Source: an uncultured delta proteobacterium (GTDB lineage Bacteria > Desulfobacterota > Binatia > UBA9968). Taken from it: 64,000 nt of DNA. Position 1 is the stretch's first letter; every line of letters starts with the position of its first letter. The stretch spans positions 96,001 to 160,000 of the forward strand of contig CAWJZV010000042.1 of NCBI GenBank assembly GCA_963847445.1, written 5' to 3'. The notes beneath the pieces are model-generated. The model did not search any database. It saw only the letters and a program-made list of their open reading frames with translations, and was not told the origin of the DNA. The position numbers and the translations under genes were made by a program. Of the stretch, positions 33,048 through 42,029 are shown one piece after another.

Positions 33048-34061
33048 ATGGACAGAGAAACAAACCACAAAGAAGTTGCTTCGCTCATGGAGCGCATCCT
33101 CTACGAGGTGAAGAAGGTCATCGTCGGCCAGGATCGTTTCCTCGAGCGCGTGCTGGTGGCGGTACTGGCGCAGGGGCATCTGCTCGTCGAGGGCGTGCCG
33201 GGTCTCGCCAAGACGCTGACGGTCAAGACACTCGCCAGAACCATTCGCGGCTCGTTCAAACGAATTCAATTCACCCCGGATCTCGTGCCGGCGGATCTGG
33301 TGGGCACGCGCATCTACAATCAGAAGACCGGCGAATTTACCACTTCATTGGGACCGGTTTTTACAAATCTGCTGCTCGCCGATGAGATCAACCGAGCGCC
33401 GGCGAAAGTGCAAAGCGCGCTGCTCGAAGTGATGCAAGAACGCCAGGTTACCATCGCCGGTGAGAGCCATCGTGTGACCGAACCGTTCTTGGTGATGGCG
33501 ACGCAGAACCCCATCGAAACCGAAGGAACCTATCCGCTGCCCGAGGCGCAAGTGGACCGGTTCATGATGAAGGTGCTCGTCGGCTATCCCACCGAAGAAG
33601 AAGAGTTCGTCATCGTCGACCGAGTGACCGGCACTCCCAACGACGTCGTGCCGCTGGCCACCACTGAGCAACTGAGCGCGCTACAGCGCGAGTGTCAGCG
33701 CGTCTACGTCGATCCGGCGCTCAAGCAATATGCGGTGCGGCTCGCCTCGGCGACGCGCGACCCCGATCGCTTCGGGGTTGCCGAAGTGGCCAAGTACGTA
33801 TCTTTCGGCGTCAGCCCGCGCGCCTCGATTAATCTTATCGAGGGCGCGCGGGCGCTGGCGTTTCTGCGCGGGCGCACCTATGTTTTGTCAGACGACGTCA
33901 CAGATCTGGTTCTCGATGTATTTCGCCATCGGCTAGTGCTGACCTATGAAGCGCTGGCCGAAGGCATGACGCCGGATCACTTGATCCGCCGTATCATGGA
34001 GCACATACCGGCTCCCGAAAAGCCGTTGGAGACCCATGTTAGACTTGGCGCAAGCTTGTAA
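33048..34061 (+). CDS. MoxR family AAA+ ATPase
   Basis: EGVPGLAKT, RIQFTPDL, LADEINR, ATQNP, LPEAQVDRF, SPRA. Confidence 0.93.
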   Translation: MDRETNHKEVASLMERILYEVKKVIVGQDRFLERVLVAVLAQGHLLVEGVPGLAKTLTVKTLARTIRGSFKRIQFTPDLVPADLVGTRIYNQKTGEFTTSLGPVFTNLLLADEINRAPAKVQSALLEVMQERQVTIAGESHRVTEPFLVMATQNPIETEGTYPLPEAQVDRFMMKVLVGYPTEEEEFVIVDRVTGTPNDVVPLATTEQLSALQRECQRVYVDPALKQYAVRLASATRDPDRFGVAEVAKYVSFGVSPRASINLIEGARALAFLRGRTYVLSDDVTDLVLDVFRHRLVLTYEALAEGMTPDHLIRRIMEHIPAPEKPLETHVRLGASL

Positions 34062-34233
34062 AATTGGAGTGTTGGAGTGCTGGAATATTGCAGTGGTGGG
34101 TTCCATCCATCATCTCATAACTCGGCAACTCCAGTAAGCCAATGATCTGCCTTGAGCCAACGGAGATGCTTTTCAACGGCGTGAAATTTTTGAACGGTTT
34201 GACCCCTTTCCCCATGCTTGGAGCAATCAGCCG

Positions 34234-35197
34234 ATGAGTCCCGTCGCAAGAATCTGTTCATACGGCCGGCGCCGAGAACATCCTGCGCCGTCTCGAGTGG
34301 ACGGTGCTTCGACGCCTGGACGGGCTGCTGCATGGCAACTATCAGACCCTGTTTCGCGGTTTCGGGCTCGATCTCGCCGATCTGCGCGAGTATCAGTATT
34401 ACGACGACGTTCGCTACATCGATTGGAACGTCACCGCTCGTCTCCAGACGCCTTACGTGAGGGTCTACAACGAAGACCGGGAAGTGATGGCCTGGTTCCT
34501 GCTCGACTTGAGCCCGTCGGTGGACTTTGGCGCCCGCGTGAAGAAGCGTTCCGTCTCGACTGAATTCGTCACCGTGCTGGCGCGGCTCCTGACTCGTCAC
34601 GGCAATCGCGTCGGCGCGCTCTTCTACGGCGACAGCGTGGATACGGTGATTCCGGCGCGCAGCGGCCGGCGCCACGCGCTGCATATTTTGCACAGAATCC
34701 TTTCCCGGCCCGAGCCTTCGCGCTCGGCGGCGACCAACCTGGGCGATTTTCTCCAGACCGCTCTGCGCGTCATGCAAAGACGCTCGCTGGTTTTCGTCGT
34801 CTCCGATTTCATCAGCACGCCCGGCTGGGCCAAGCCGCTCGCGCATCTCGCGCAGCGCCACGAGATCATCGCCGTGCGGCTCTACGACCCATTGGAGATG
34901 GAGTTGCCCGACCTCGGACTGATCACGATGCGCGACGCCGAGACCGGCGAACAATTATTCGTCGACACCCACGATCGCACTTTCCGCAAGCGCTTCGCGG
35001 CTTTGGCCGAGCGCCGCGAGCAGGAGCTGCGTTCGGCGTTCACCCAGGCCGGCGTCGACGCGCTGGAGTTGTCGACCAACGATGATTTGGCAAATGCGAT
35101 TCTCCGCTTCGCCGATTTGCGCAAGCGGCGCAGCCAGTTGGCCGGCGGCGGCCTGCCGCAGCATTTAAGAGGGAGCCATGACGTTTCTCTGGCCTGA
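34234..35197 (+). CDS. DUF58 protein; N-terminal indel
   Basis: LREYQYYDDVRYIDWNVTAR, DLSPS, VVSDF. Confidence 0.88.
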
Positions 35198-36222
35198 GAT
35201 GCTCTGGCTGCTGCTGGTCGTGCCGGCGCTCGTGGCCGGCTATTTCTATCTATTGCGCCGCAAGCAGCAGAGCGCGCTCAAATATGCGAGTTTGAGCATG
35301 GTGAAAGAAGCGATGGGCGCGGGCCAGAGATTTCGCCGCCACATCCCGCCGCTGCTGTTTTTGCTGGCACTGATCGCAATGCTCGTCGCCGTCGCCCGTC
35401 CCGCCGCCGTGATCACCTTGCCGTCGCAACACCAAACCATCATCCTCGCCATGGACGTCTCCGGCAGCATGCGCGCCGTCGACGTGCAGCCCAATCGCAT
35501 TAGCGCGTCCCAGGCCGCGGCCAAAGCCTTCGTCGCCGAGCAACCCTCCAACGTACGCATCGGCGTGGTGTCCTTCGCCGGAACGGCGGCGGTCGTGCAG
35601 GTACCCACGCATAATCGCGAAGACATCATCGGCGCCATCGATCGCTTCCAACTGCAGCGCGGCACCGCCATCGGCAGCGGCATCATCGTTGCTCTCGCGA
35701 CCATTTTCCCCGATGCTGGTATTGACGTGAGCTCGTTGATCTACGGGCGTTACCCGCCGCGCGGCATGCCGCTCGACCAGACCGGCAAAGCGGAAAAGAA
35801 AGAGTTCAAACCGGTAGCCGCCCGGCTCCTACGCCTCTGCCGCGATCATTTTGCTTACCGATGGCCAGCGGACCACAGGCCCCGACTCCATGGAAGCGGC
35901 GCGGATGGCCGCCGACCGCGGCGTGCGCGTCTTCACCGTCGGATTCGGCACGAAAGGCGGCGAGACCATCGGCTATGAAGGCTGGTCCATGCGCGTGCGC
36001 CTCGACGAGGACACGCTCAAAGCGATCGCCGACTTGACCCGCGGCCAATATTTTTACGCCGGCACAGCTACCGATCTAAAAAAAGTCTACGAGTCCCTCA
36101 ACTCCAAATTCTTGCTCGAAAAGAAGGATATGGAAATCACCGCCCTCTTCGCCGCCGCAGCGGCAGTCACCGCGCTGGTCTCCGCGCTGCTCTCGCTGCT
36201 ATGGTTCAACCGAATCCTGTAG
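35178..36222 (+). CDS. VWA-domain membrane protein (BatA-like); frameshift near 35820
   Basis: FLWPEMLWLL, MIDAS DVSGSM, GTAIG, LLTDG, C-terminal TM. Confidence 0.88.
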
Positions 36223-36260
36223 GCCGCCGCGAAAAAATGTTATCGACGACCGTTTCTTAA

Positions 36261-36515
36261 CCCGACTTCGCGGATTCGCGGGGGTGAAAGCAGTTAAGTA
36301 GTTGAAAAATCAACCTGTGGGGTATCAAGGTCTGCACTACAGAGCCACAGCTGAGGTGACTTGGGTGGTGGTAATCTTTGGTGGTGGTTGCGCTGGGAGT
36401 TGCAGCTTGAGTTTGTCTAAGAGCAGTTGCAGTTCGGGCTCAGGCTGGGTGGTGCGGGTCAGGATGAGCTCGCGACCGTCGGTAGTAGGCAAGTGTACGT
36501 CGATCATCTGCATGG
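36261..36515 (-). mobile_element. IS1634-like transposase C-terminal remnant with IS end
   Basis: MIDVHLPTTDGRELILTRTTQPEPELQLLLDKLKLQLPAQPPPKI*; end CCCGACTT next to TTAA; family recalled, not searched. Confidence 0.65.
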
Positions 36516-36696
36516 CAGGAGGGCGGAAGTTGGGGTCAGGTCTAGATCGGTAGCGCAAGGCCGAGATAGAACAAGCGCCAAGCCGGTTATTGGTAATTTA
36601 AATGCTGTATTGAAAAAGAAAAAACTAGTCAAAGGCCACTCTTCGCTCACTAGGCATTGTTTGGACCATCAGTAAGTTGCAGTTTCTGATGAAATT

Positions 36697-36972
36697 ATGG
36701 CAAAGAAGAAGCGAAAATTGACGGCGCGCGAAAAGGCCGAAAAGGCACGGCGAAAGCGCGAGTTTATGACAATCTTTATTCACGGGAAGATGAAACGCGT
36801 CCGTAGACCGCAGCAGATTGACGGGATCGACGCAGACGAATTCATTCGGCGCAATGCAGATCCATTATGGCTGCATCAGAATGAAATGTGGGAGGACATT
36901 GAGGAACGCGGTGCGGGACTCGAAGAAAACTCGCGGCCCGTGAAAACTACACCGGACAAGGATCCATTTTGA
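36697..36972 (+). CDS. Small basic hypothetical protein
   Basis: Clean 91-aa ORF with FIRRNADPLWLHQNEMWE. Confidence 0.7.
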   Translation: MAKKKRKLTAREKAEKARRKREFMTIFIHGKMKRVRRPQQIDGIDADEFIRRNADPLWLHQNEMWEDIEERGAGLEENSRPVKTTPDKDPF

Positions 36973-37072
36973 TTTGAGCACCTGCGGGCTTAACCATGCT
37001 CGATCAGACGGCAGGCAAGCCGCCTTGGCCGGCGAAGTTCGAAGCGAGCAATAAAGGAGCAAACAAACGGTC

Positions 37073-37702
37073 ATGGCGGCAAAATCAATAAACTCCGGCC
37101 TCTGTGCGCTGTGCGGACAACGCGCGATGAAATCAAAAATGATCGCCCACTTGGAGGCGTGCGTCCCTGCGCACGACGAAACCGGCCCGCCACAGCCGCT
37201 GGTCATCCTCCGTTTCGGGCAAGCGGGTGAGCCTCGCTACTGGCTCATTATTGAGGCAAAGGCGGACGCACCATTGCGTTACGTGGATAAGCTGCTGCGC
37301 CAACTGTGGCTGGAATGCTGCGGACACATGAGCGCGTTCCGCATCGGCAGGCGCGAGCTGGCGATGAGCACCGCGACTGCCAACGCCTTCGCCAGCGCAG
37401 CGAGTAAGGTGGAATACGAGTACGACTTCGGCAGCACGACTGCGTTGACAGGCGAACTGGTAGGCAAGCGACATGGTTCGATCGGCCGCGCGTCGGTTCG
37501 GCTGCTCGCGCGCAATGAACCGCTCGTGTGGCCATGTGACGATTGCCAAGCCCCCGCGACAGTGGTGTGTCCATTTTGCATCGATTCCGGCGACGGGCTC
37601 TTCTGCGATGCCCATGCCGATGCGCACGAACATGCCGGCGAGGAAGTCTACCTTCCAGTGGTCAATTCACCGCGAATGGGCGTTTGCGGCTACACCGGCT
37701 GA
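37073..37702 (+). CDS. Zn-binding hypothetical protein, pRiA4b ORF-3-like core
   Basis: CALC, WLECCGHMSAF, YEYDFGSTT, CDDC/CPFC, NSPRMGVCGY; AAGGAG RBS. Confidence 0.7.
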   Translation: MAAKSINSGLCALCGQRAMKSKMIAHLEACVPAHDETGPPQPLVILRFGQAGEPRYWLIIEAKADAPLRYVDKLLRQLWLECCGHMSAFRIGRRELAMSTATANAFASAASKVEYEYDFGSTTALTGELVGKRHGSIGRASVRLLARNEPLVWPCDDCQAPATVVCPFCIDSGDGLFCDAHADAHEHAGEEVYLPVVNSPRMGVCGYTG

Positions 37703-37735
37703 GCGACGCGACAGGTTTCCCATTCGGATTCTGCA

Positions 37736-37856
37736 CCGCCTAACCTCGCCTTCGGTGAGGGGATAAAAGCACACCGAGTTGTCGTGCAGCTTTTGATTTC
37801 TGAATTCATCCTTCGGGTCATTGCGCGCTTTTAATATCGGTAAGTCGCCACCGAAT
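37736..37856 (-). repeat. Amidohydrolase 3'-tail copy 4 (most decayed)
   Basis: TCGCCTTCG..GAGTTGTCG..TTTCTGAATTCATC..TTGCGCGCTTTTAATATCGGTAAGTCGCCACCGAA aligns with 42060-42173. Confidence 0.75.
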
Positions 37857-37884
37857 TAATCGCTCAGTGAATTCAAAGGAGCGA

Positions 37885-37913
37885 TTGACAGAATTCTGTA
37901 CGTTATTTAAGAT
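37885..37913 (+). promoter_or_regulatory. Sigma70 promoter with overlapping operator palindrome for the TA operon
   Basis: TTGACA-N17-TAAGAT; palindrome ACAGAATTCTGT overlaps the -35. Confidence 0.65.
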
Positions 37914-37933
37914 ATCTCAATGGAGGCAAACCG

Positions 37934-38215
37934 ATGGCTATTTCATCAAAAGACATAATTTCGCTTACGCGTGCGCGAGCTACGCTGACGGAACTCTGTG
38001 CTCAAGTCCAACGCGAGCATGGCGAGAAAATTCTTACCAAGAATGGGGAAAGTTGCGCGGCCCTCATCGATGCCGAACGGTTGGATTATTATCACCGCCT
38101 GGAGCGCGAGCATATCCACATCAAGCTGCTTGAGGAGGCGGTTCGCGGGTTAGATGACGTGAACGCCGGAAGGGTTATCAGCGTCGCAAAACTGAAAGGC
38201 CGGTATGGCCGGTAA
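37934..38215 (+). CDS. Phd/YefM antitoxin
   Basis: ISLTRARATLTEL, ILTKNGESCAALID; GGAGG RBS. Confidence 0.85.
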   Translation: MAISSKDIISLTRARATLTELCAQVQREHGEKILTKNGESCAALIDAERLDYYHRLEREHIHIKLLEEAVRGLDDVNAGRVISVAKLKGRYGR

Positions 38216-38576
38216 GTCGCCGCTTTTCTTCACTGAGAACTTCACGGCAAATTTAGACGAGGTTCAAAGTTTTCTTTCTGTTGAGGGGCAGTCGGCATTT
38301 CAACGTTTGGTCAAGCGCTTATTCGAGGAAATGTGCCCGCAAGTGTCCCAATTCCCGTTGTCAGGCCGTTCATTCATAGCTCACCATGCTGGTTCGGCTG
38401 AAGCGAAGAAACTGATGGAACGTGTTCAGGATAGGCTTCGGACCGGAGACGATTTGCGCGAATTCGTGGTCGATGACTATGTCGTGCTTTACCTCGTCAG
38501 GCGAACGCGAATCTATTTCATAGCGATCAAACACCACCGGCAGCTATCGTTCGACCTACGCCGCTTCTGGTCGTGA
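38205..38576 (+). CDS. RelE/ParE-family toxin
   Basis: Overlaps the antitoxin; FTENFTANLDEV, FPLSGR, LREFVVDDYVVLY, IKHHRQ. Confidence 0.8.
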   Translation: MAGKSPLFFTENFTANLDEVQSFLSVEGQSAFQRLVKRLFEEMCPQVSQFPLSGRSFIAHHAGSAEAKKLMERVQDRLRTGDDLREFVVDDYVVLYLVRRTRIYFIAIKHHRQLSFDLRRFWS

Positions 38577-38593
38577 CCATTGACGCAGCCGCG

Positions 38594-38787
38594 TCAGCTT
38601 CCCTTCGCCTTCCGTGCCGCGGCGATGTCAGCTTTCGCTGCGCAGATGTAAGCGCACAGGGTTGTTGTGCGGTATGTTCTTTCTGAATTCATCGGTCAGG
38701 CGTTGGCGCGCTTTTAACATCGGCAGGTTGCCGCCGAATGGTGACGAAGATGTTGGCGCTTTCGAAGCAATGGCTGGGCGGATGCTC
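38594..38787 (-). repeat. Amidohydrolase 3'-tail copy 3 with internal deletion
   Basis: Ends AARKAKGS*; aligns with 42030-42175, then jumps to 42275-42322. Confidence 0.88.
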
Positions 38788-38840
38788 GTTTTATTCCTTC
38801 TACACTTTTGCACTGGGTGTGCTCTTTGGACTTTAGTAAA

Positions 38841-38960
38841 GAGCGCGGTTATGGCGGCTTGGGCATTGGGCTTACGCTGGCACGCAGAATCGTTGAGACT
38901 CACGACGGCCGAATCGAGGTAAATAGTGAAGGCGTCGGCAATGGCAGCGAATTAGATCGT
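38841..38960 (+). pseudogene. Histidine kinase HATPase_c C-terminal fragment
   Basis: GGLGIGLTLARRIVETHDGRIEVNSEGVGNGSE. Confidence 0.75.
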
Positions 38961-39119
38961 GCGGAGCGCTGAACAAATATCTGGCCGACGCCGCCAAAAC
39001 AGCCAGTCCGCATTCGACGCTTTGGTCGAAATAAGTGTTAGTTTTCGACGATATTCAATCCACTTTGAGGTATCGCGTCGTTTGGGAGGGAAATACCGAG
39101 GGAATTGAGGTTTTCATAC

Positions 39120-39135
39120 TGGTACGGACTTTGCT
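39120..39135 (+). promoter_or_regulatory. Sigma54 -24/-12 promoter
   Basis: TGGTAC-GGACT-TTGCT, 45 nt upstream of ATG 39181. Confidence 0.65.
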
Positions 39136-39180
39136 CATACAAAAGTCAGTCGGAACACTAAATTGGGAAGGGTGCAAACC

Positions 39181-39432
39181 ATGGGAAAAATTTCTAAGCT
39201 TCTTGTCATAGCATTTTTATTAAGTGTGGGTAGCGGATGCGCTACTCAGACACGGACCGTCACTACGGAGACCCGCGATGCGCCATCAAACACTGTGGTT
39301 GAAACCAAGACGGAAACAACCGAAACCGGGAGTGAATCCGGTGGCGTGTTGAGCAGCACTGTGGACGTTGTCGGCGAAGTTCTTTCGCTGCCATTTCGCG
39401 CGGTCGGTGCCTTGATCCGCGGAATTTTCTAA
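39181..39432 (+). CDS. Small Thr-rich lipoprotein
   Basis: Signal ending GSGC; C-terminal amphipathic VLSLPFRAVGALIRGIF. Confidence 0.75.
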   Translation: MGKISKLLVIAFLLSVGSGCATQTRTVTTETRDAPSNTVVETKTETTETGSESGGVLSSTVDVVGEVLSLPFRAVGALIRGIF

Positions 39433-39591
39433 TTCAGTTCGTGCGGGAGATCGTCACCGGGCTCTTGCTTTGGAACATGGAGATGACTTTATCTGGGTTT
39501 GGATTGGGCCACACGATGAATACGAACGGCTGATCAAGCAACAAAGTTAACGAAACGGCTTCTCGTCAATCTAGCTGTAATTTTACTTGCC

Positions 39592-39630
39592 AAAAAAAAC
39601 GGCGCAGTGAAAACTCACTGCGCCGTTTTT
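39592..39630. terminator. Bidirectional intrinsic terminator
   Basis: A8-CGGCGCAGTGA-AAAC-TCACTGCGCCG-T5. Confidence 0.85.
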
Positions 39631-39653
39631 AGCGTTAGTTTGAATATCTAGGT

Positions 39654-39846
39654 CTAATTTCCCCTCGCCTTCCGCGCCGCGGCGATGTCGCCTTCACTCA
39701 GGCGATAAAACCGTACCGAATTATCGCAGAGCATTTTCTTTTAGAATTCATCGGTCAGGTCTTTGCGCGCTTTTAACGTCGGCAGGTCGCCGCCGAATTG
39801 GTCGCGTTCGCGTTCGTTCGGATAATCGGCGCTCACATGACGACGA
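39654..39846 (-). repeat. Amidohydrolase 3'-tail copy 2 (least decayed)
   Basis: Ends AARKARGN*; close match to 42030-42225; AGA changed to in-frame TAA at 39741-39743. Confidence 0.92.
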
Positions 39847-39870
39847 CAGTCATTTACCATCATTAGACGT

Positions 39871-41571
39871 TCAAAAGTTATTCGCACCGGATTGTTCGTT
39901 GTCGCAGCGCTCGCCCGTGATCATGTCACGATTGGCCCCGCCCGGCGGCACCATGGGGTAAACATTTTCATCGCTGGCGATCGGCACGTTGATGAGGCAA
40001 GGGCCCGGATGGCGCAGCGCTTCGGCGATGGCCGCGGCCGGGTTCTCTGTTTGTCCGAGATCCACGGCGCGCACGCCAAATCCACGGGCGATCGCGGCGA
40101 AGTCCGTATGGCTTTTGAGGTGAGACGCATGATAGCGGCCGCCATAGAAGAGTTGTTGCTGCTGGCGCACCATTCCCAAGTGAGAGTTGTTGAGCAGGAT
40201 AATTTTGACCTCGACGCCTTCTTCCGCGGCGGTGGCAAGCTCGTGCAGGTTCATGAGCAAGCTGCCGTCGCCGCTGAAACAAGCGACCGTGCGGCCGGGA
40301 CAAGCGAGTGCCGCGCCGATGGCGGCGGGCAGGCCAAAGCCCATGGTGCCCAGGCCTCCCGAGGTCAGCCATTGGCGTGGCCGCTTGAATGGATAGGCTT
40401 GCGCCACCCACATCTGGTGCTGCCCCACGTCAGTCGTGACGATGCTGTCGTCGGGCAACAAAGAGGCGACGGTGCGGACAATGCCATAAGGCCGCAGAGG
40501 ATCGTCCGCGCCGGGCATCGCCAACGGGTAGCGCGCGCGAACCGTGTCAATATGTTGCTTCCACTGGCAACGCCTATTCGCCGCGATCATCGGGGTCAGA
40601 GCGGCCAGCGCATCACCGACATCGGCCACCAGCCCCAAGCTCGGCTGCTTGATCTTGCCCAGCTCGCTTGGATCGATGTCGATGTGGAGGATCTTGGCGC
40701 GGGGACAGAACTCCGCAGCTTTGCCAGTAGCTCGGTCGTCGAAGCGTACTCCGAGGCCGACCAGCAGATCGCATTCGTCGAGCAGCATGTTGGTAAAGCG
40801 TGCCGCATGCATGCCAACCATGCCAAGGAAGAGGGGATGGTCATGAGGCAACGCGCCGAGAGCGAGCAAAGTGGCGGCCGCCGGAATAGTAGCCTTTTCC
40901 ATCAAGCGACGCAGCTCTTTCGATGCGCCCGCCGCGATGATTCCGGCGCCGATCAGCAGTAGCGGTTTTTGCGCCGCATTGATCATGGCGGCAGCGCGAT
41001 GCAGATCGTCGGCGGGGCACAGCGGCGGCGGTTCGGCTCGTCCAGGCTCGGGAAGCAAATCCACGTCGACCAGTTCGGTCTGCACGTCCTTCGGAACGTC
41101 CACCAGCACGGGCCCCGGTCGGCCGGACGCCGCGATACGAAAGGCATCGGGAATGACGTCGAGCAATTCCAGGGCGGAACGGACCAAAACGTTATGTTTG
41201 GTAATCGGCAAGCTGAGCCCAAAGGTGTCGACCTCTTGGAAGGCGTCGGTGCCGATCATATTGCGGGGAACCTGGCCGGTAATCGCCACGAGCGGAATCG
41301 AATCCAACTTGGCATCAGCGATGGCTGTGAGCAGGTTGGTGGCGCCGGGCCCCGAGGTGGCAAGGCACACCGCCGGCCGGCCGGTGACCCGTGCCATTCC
41401 CTGTGCGATGAATCCCGCGCCTTGTTCGTGACGCGCCAATATATGGCGAATCGAACTGGCTTGCAGCGCATCGTACAGGGGTAGGTTCGCGCCGCCGGGG
41501 ATGCCGGCAATTGTTGTGACGCCTTGGCGCTCGAGGAGCGCGGTAATGAGTTGGGCACCTGTTAGTTGCAT
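39871..41571 (-). CDS. ilvB: Acetolactate synthase large subunit
   Basis: GIPGGANLPLYD, RHEQGA, TSGPGATN, RFDDRATG, DVGQHQMW, GLGTMGFGLPAA, GDGS..NN. Confidence 0.93.
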   Translation of the reverse strand: MQLTGAQLITALLERQGVTTIAGIPGGANLPLYDALQASSIRHILARHEQGAGFIAQGMARVTGRPAVCLATSGPGATNLLTAIADAKLDSIPLVAITGQVPRNMIGTDAFQEVDTFGLSLPITKHNVLVRSALELLDVIPDAFRIAASGRPGPVLVDVPKDVQTELVDVDLLPEPGRAEPPPLCPADDLHRAAAMINAAQKPLLLIGAGIIAAGASKELRRLMEKATIPAAATLLALGALPHDHPLFLGMVGMHAARFTNMLLDECDLLVGLGVRFDDRATGKAAEFCPRAKILHIDIDPSELGKIKQPSLGLVADVGDALAALTPMIAANRRCQWKQHIDTVRARYPLAMPGADDPLRPYGIVRTVASLLPDDSIVTTDVGQHQMWVAQAYPFKRPRQWLTSGGLGTMGFGLPAAIGAALACPGRTVACFSGDGSLLMNLHELATAAEEGVEVKIILLNNSHLGMVRQQQQLFYGGRYHASHLKSHTDFAAIARGFGVRAVDLGQTENPAAAIAEALRHPGPCLINVPIASDENVYPMVPPGGANRDMITGERCDNEQSGANNF

Positions 41572-41629
41572 GGGAGCTCTCCTATCTGGATTTGCTCCCT
41601 GCGCGGCTTACGGAGACGGTGGGTGGGCC

Positions 41630-41672
41630 AAAAAAACAAAACCCCCGTCGGCCATCGCGCCGGCAGGGGTTT
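41630..41672 (-). terminator. Attenuator terminator upstream of ilvB
   Basis: Minus strand AAACCCCTGCCGG..CCGACGGGGGTTTTGTTTTTTT. Confidence 0.85.
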
Positions 41673-41696
41673 AAAAAATTGTTTACAATTTTCCCG

Positions 41697-41795
41697 CTAC
41701 GACGCGAAAGCCTCGTTTACTAAGACGACTACGACTACGAAATGCAAAGGCCGCGCCTTTAACGCAAGCGGCTTGTAAGTCTCAGCGGTAAACAT
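41697..41795 (-). CDS. ilvB leader peptide (IvbL-like, 32 aa)
   Basis: MFTAETYKPLALKARPLHFVVVVVLVNEAFAS*; Val run precedes the terminator. Confidence 0.85.
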   Translation of the reverse strand: MFTAETYKPLALKARPLHFVVVVVLVNEAFAS

Positions 41796-42029
41796 GATTG
41801 GAAACTAGCATCAAATGGATCGCGCCGCAAATCGGAGTGATTTATTCGGGCTCAGCTCTTGTCCGGTAGTGTAAGTTCGAGACGGAACCAATCTCCACGA
41901 TCTCTATTGGCAGCCATGAAAAATAATGGAGACGGCGGCAGTGCAACGCTAATTCAATCTGTCTTGGCGATTCACGCGGTCAAGATGTAGGCGGCTGTCC
42001 CCGGTGGCTTGACCGCGCAAATCATCGAT

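Noticed and set aside
36987-37045. Possible integron attC site (GCTTAAC..GTTCGAAGC)
   Set aside because: The right end does not fit GTTRRRY, no clear L boxes, and no IntI in the window.
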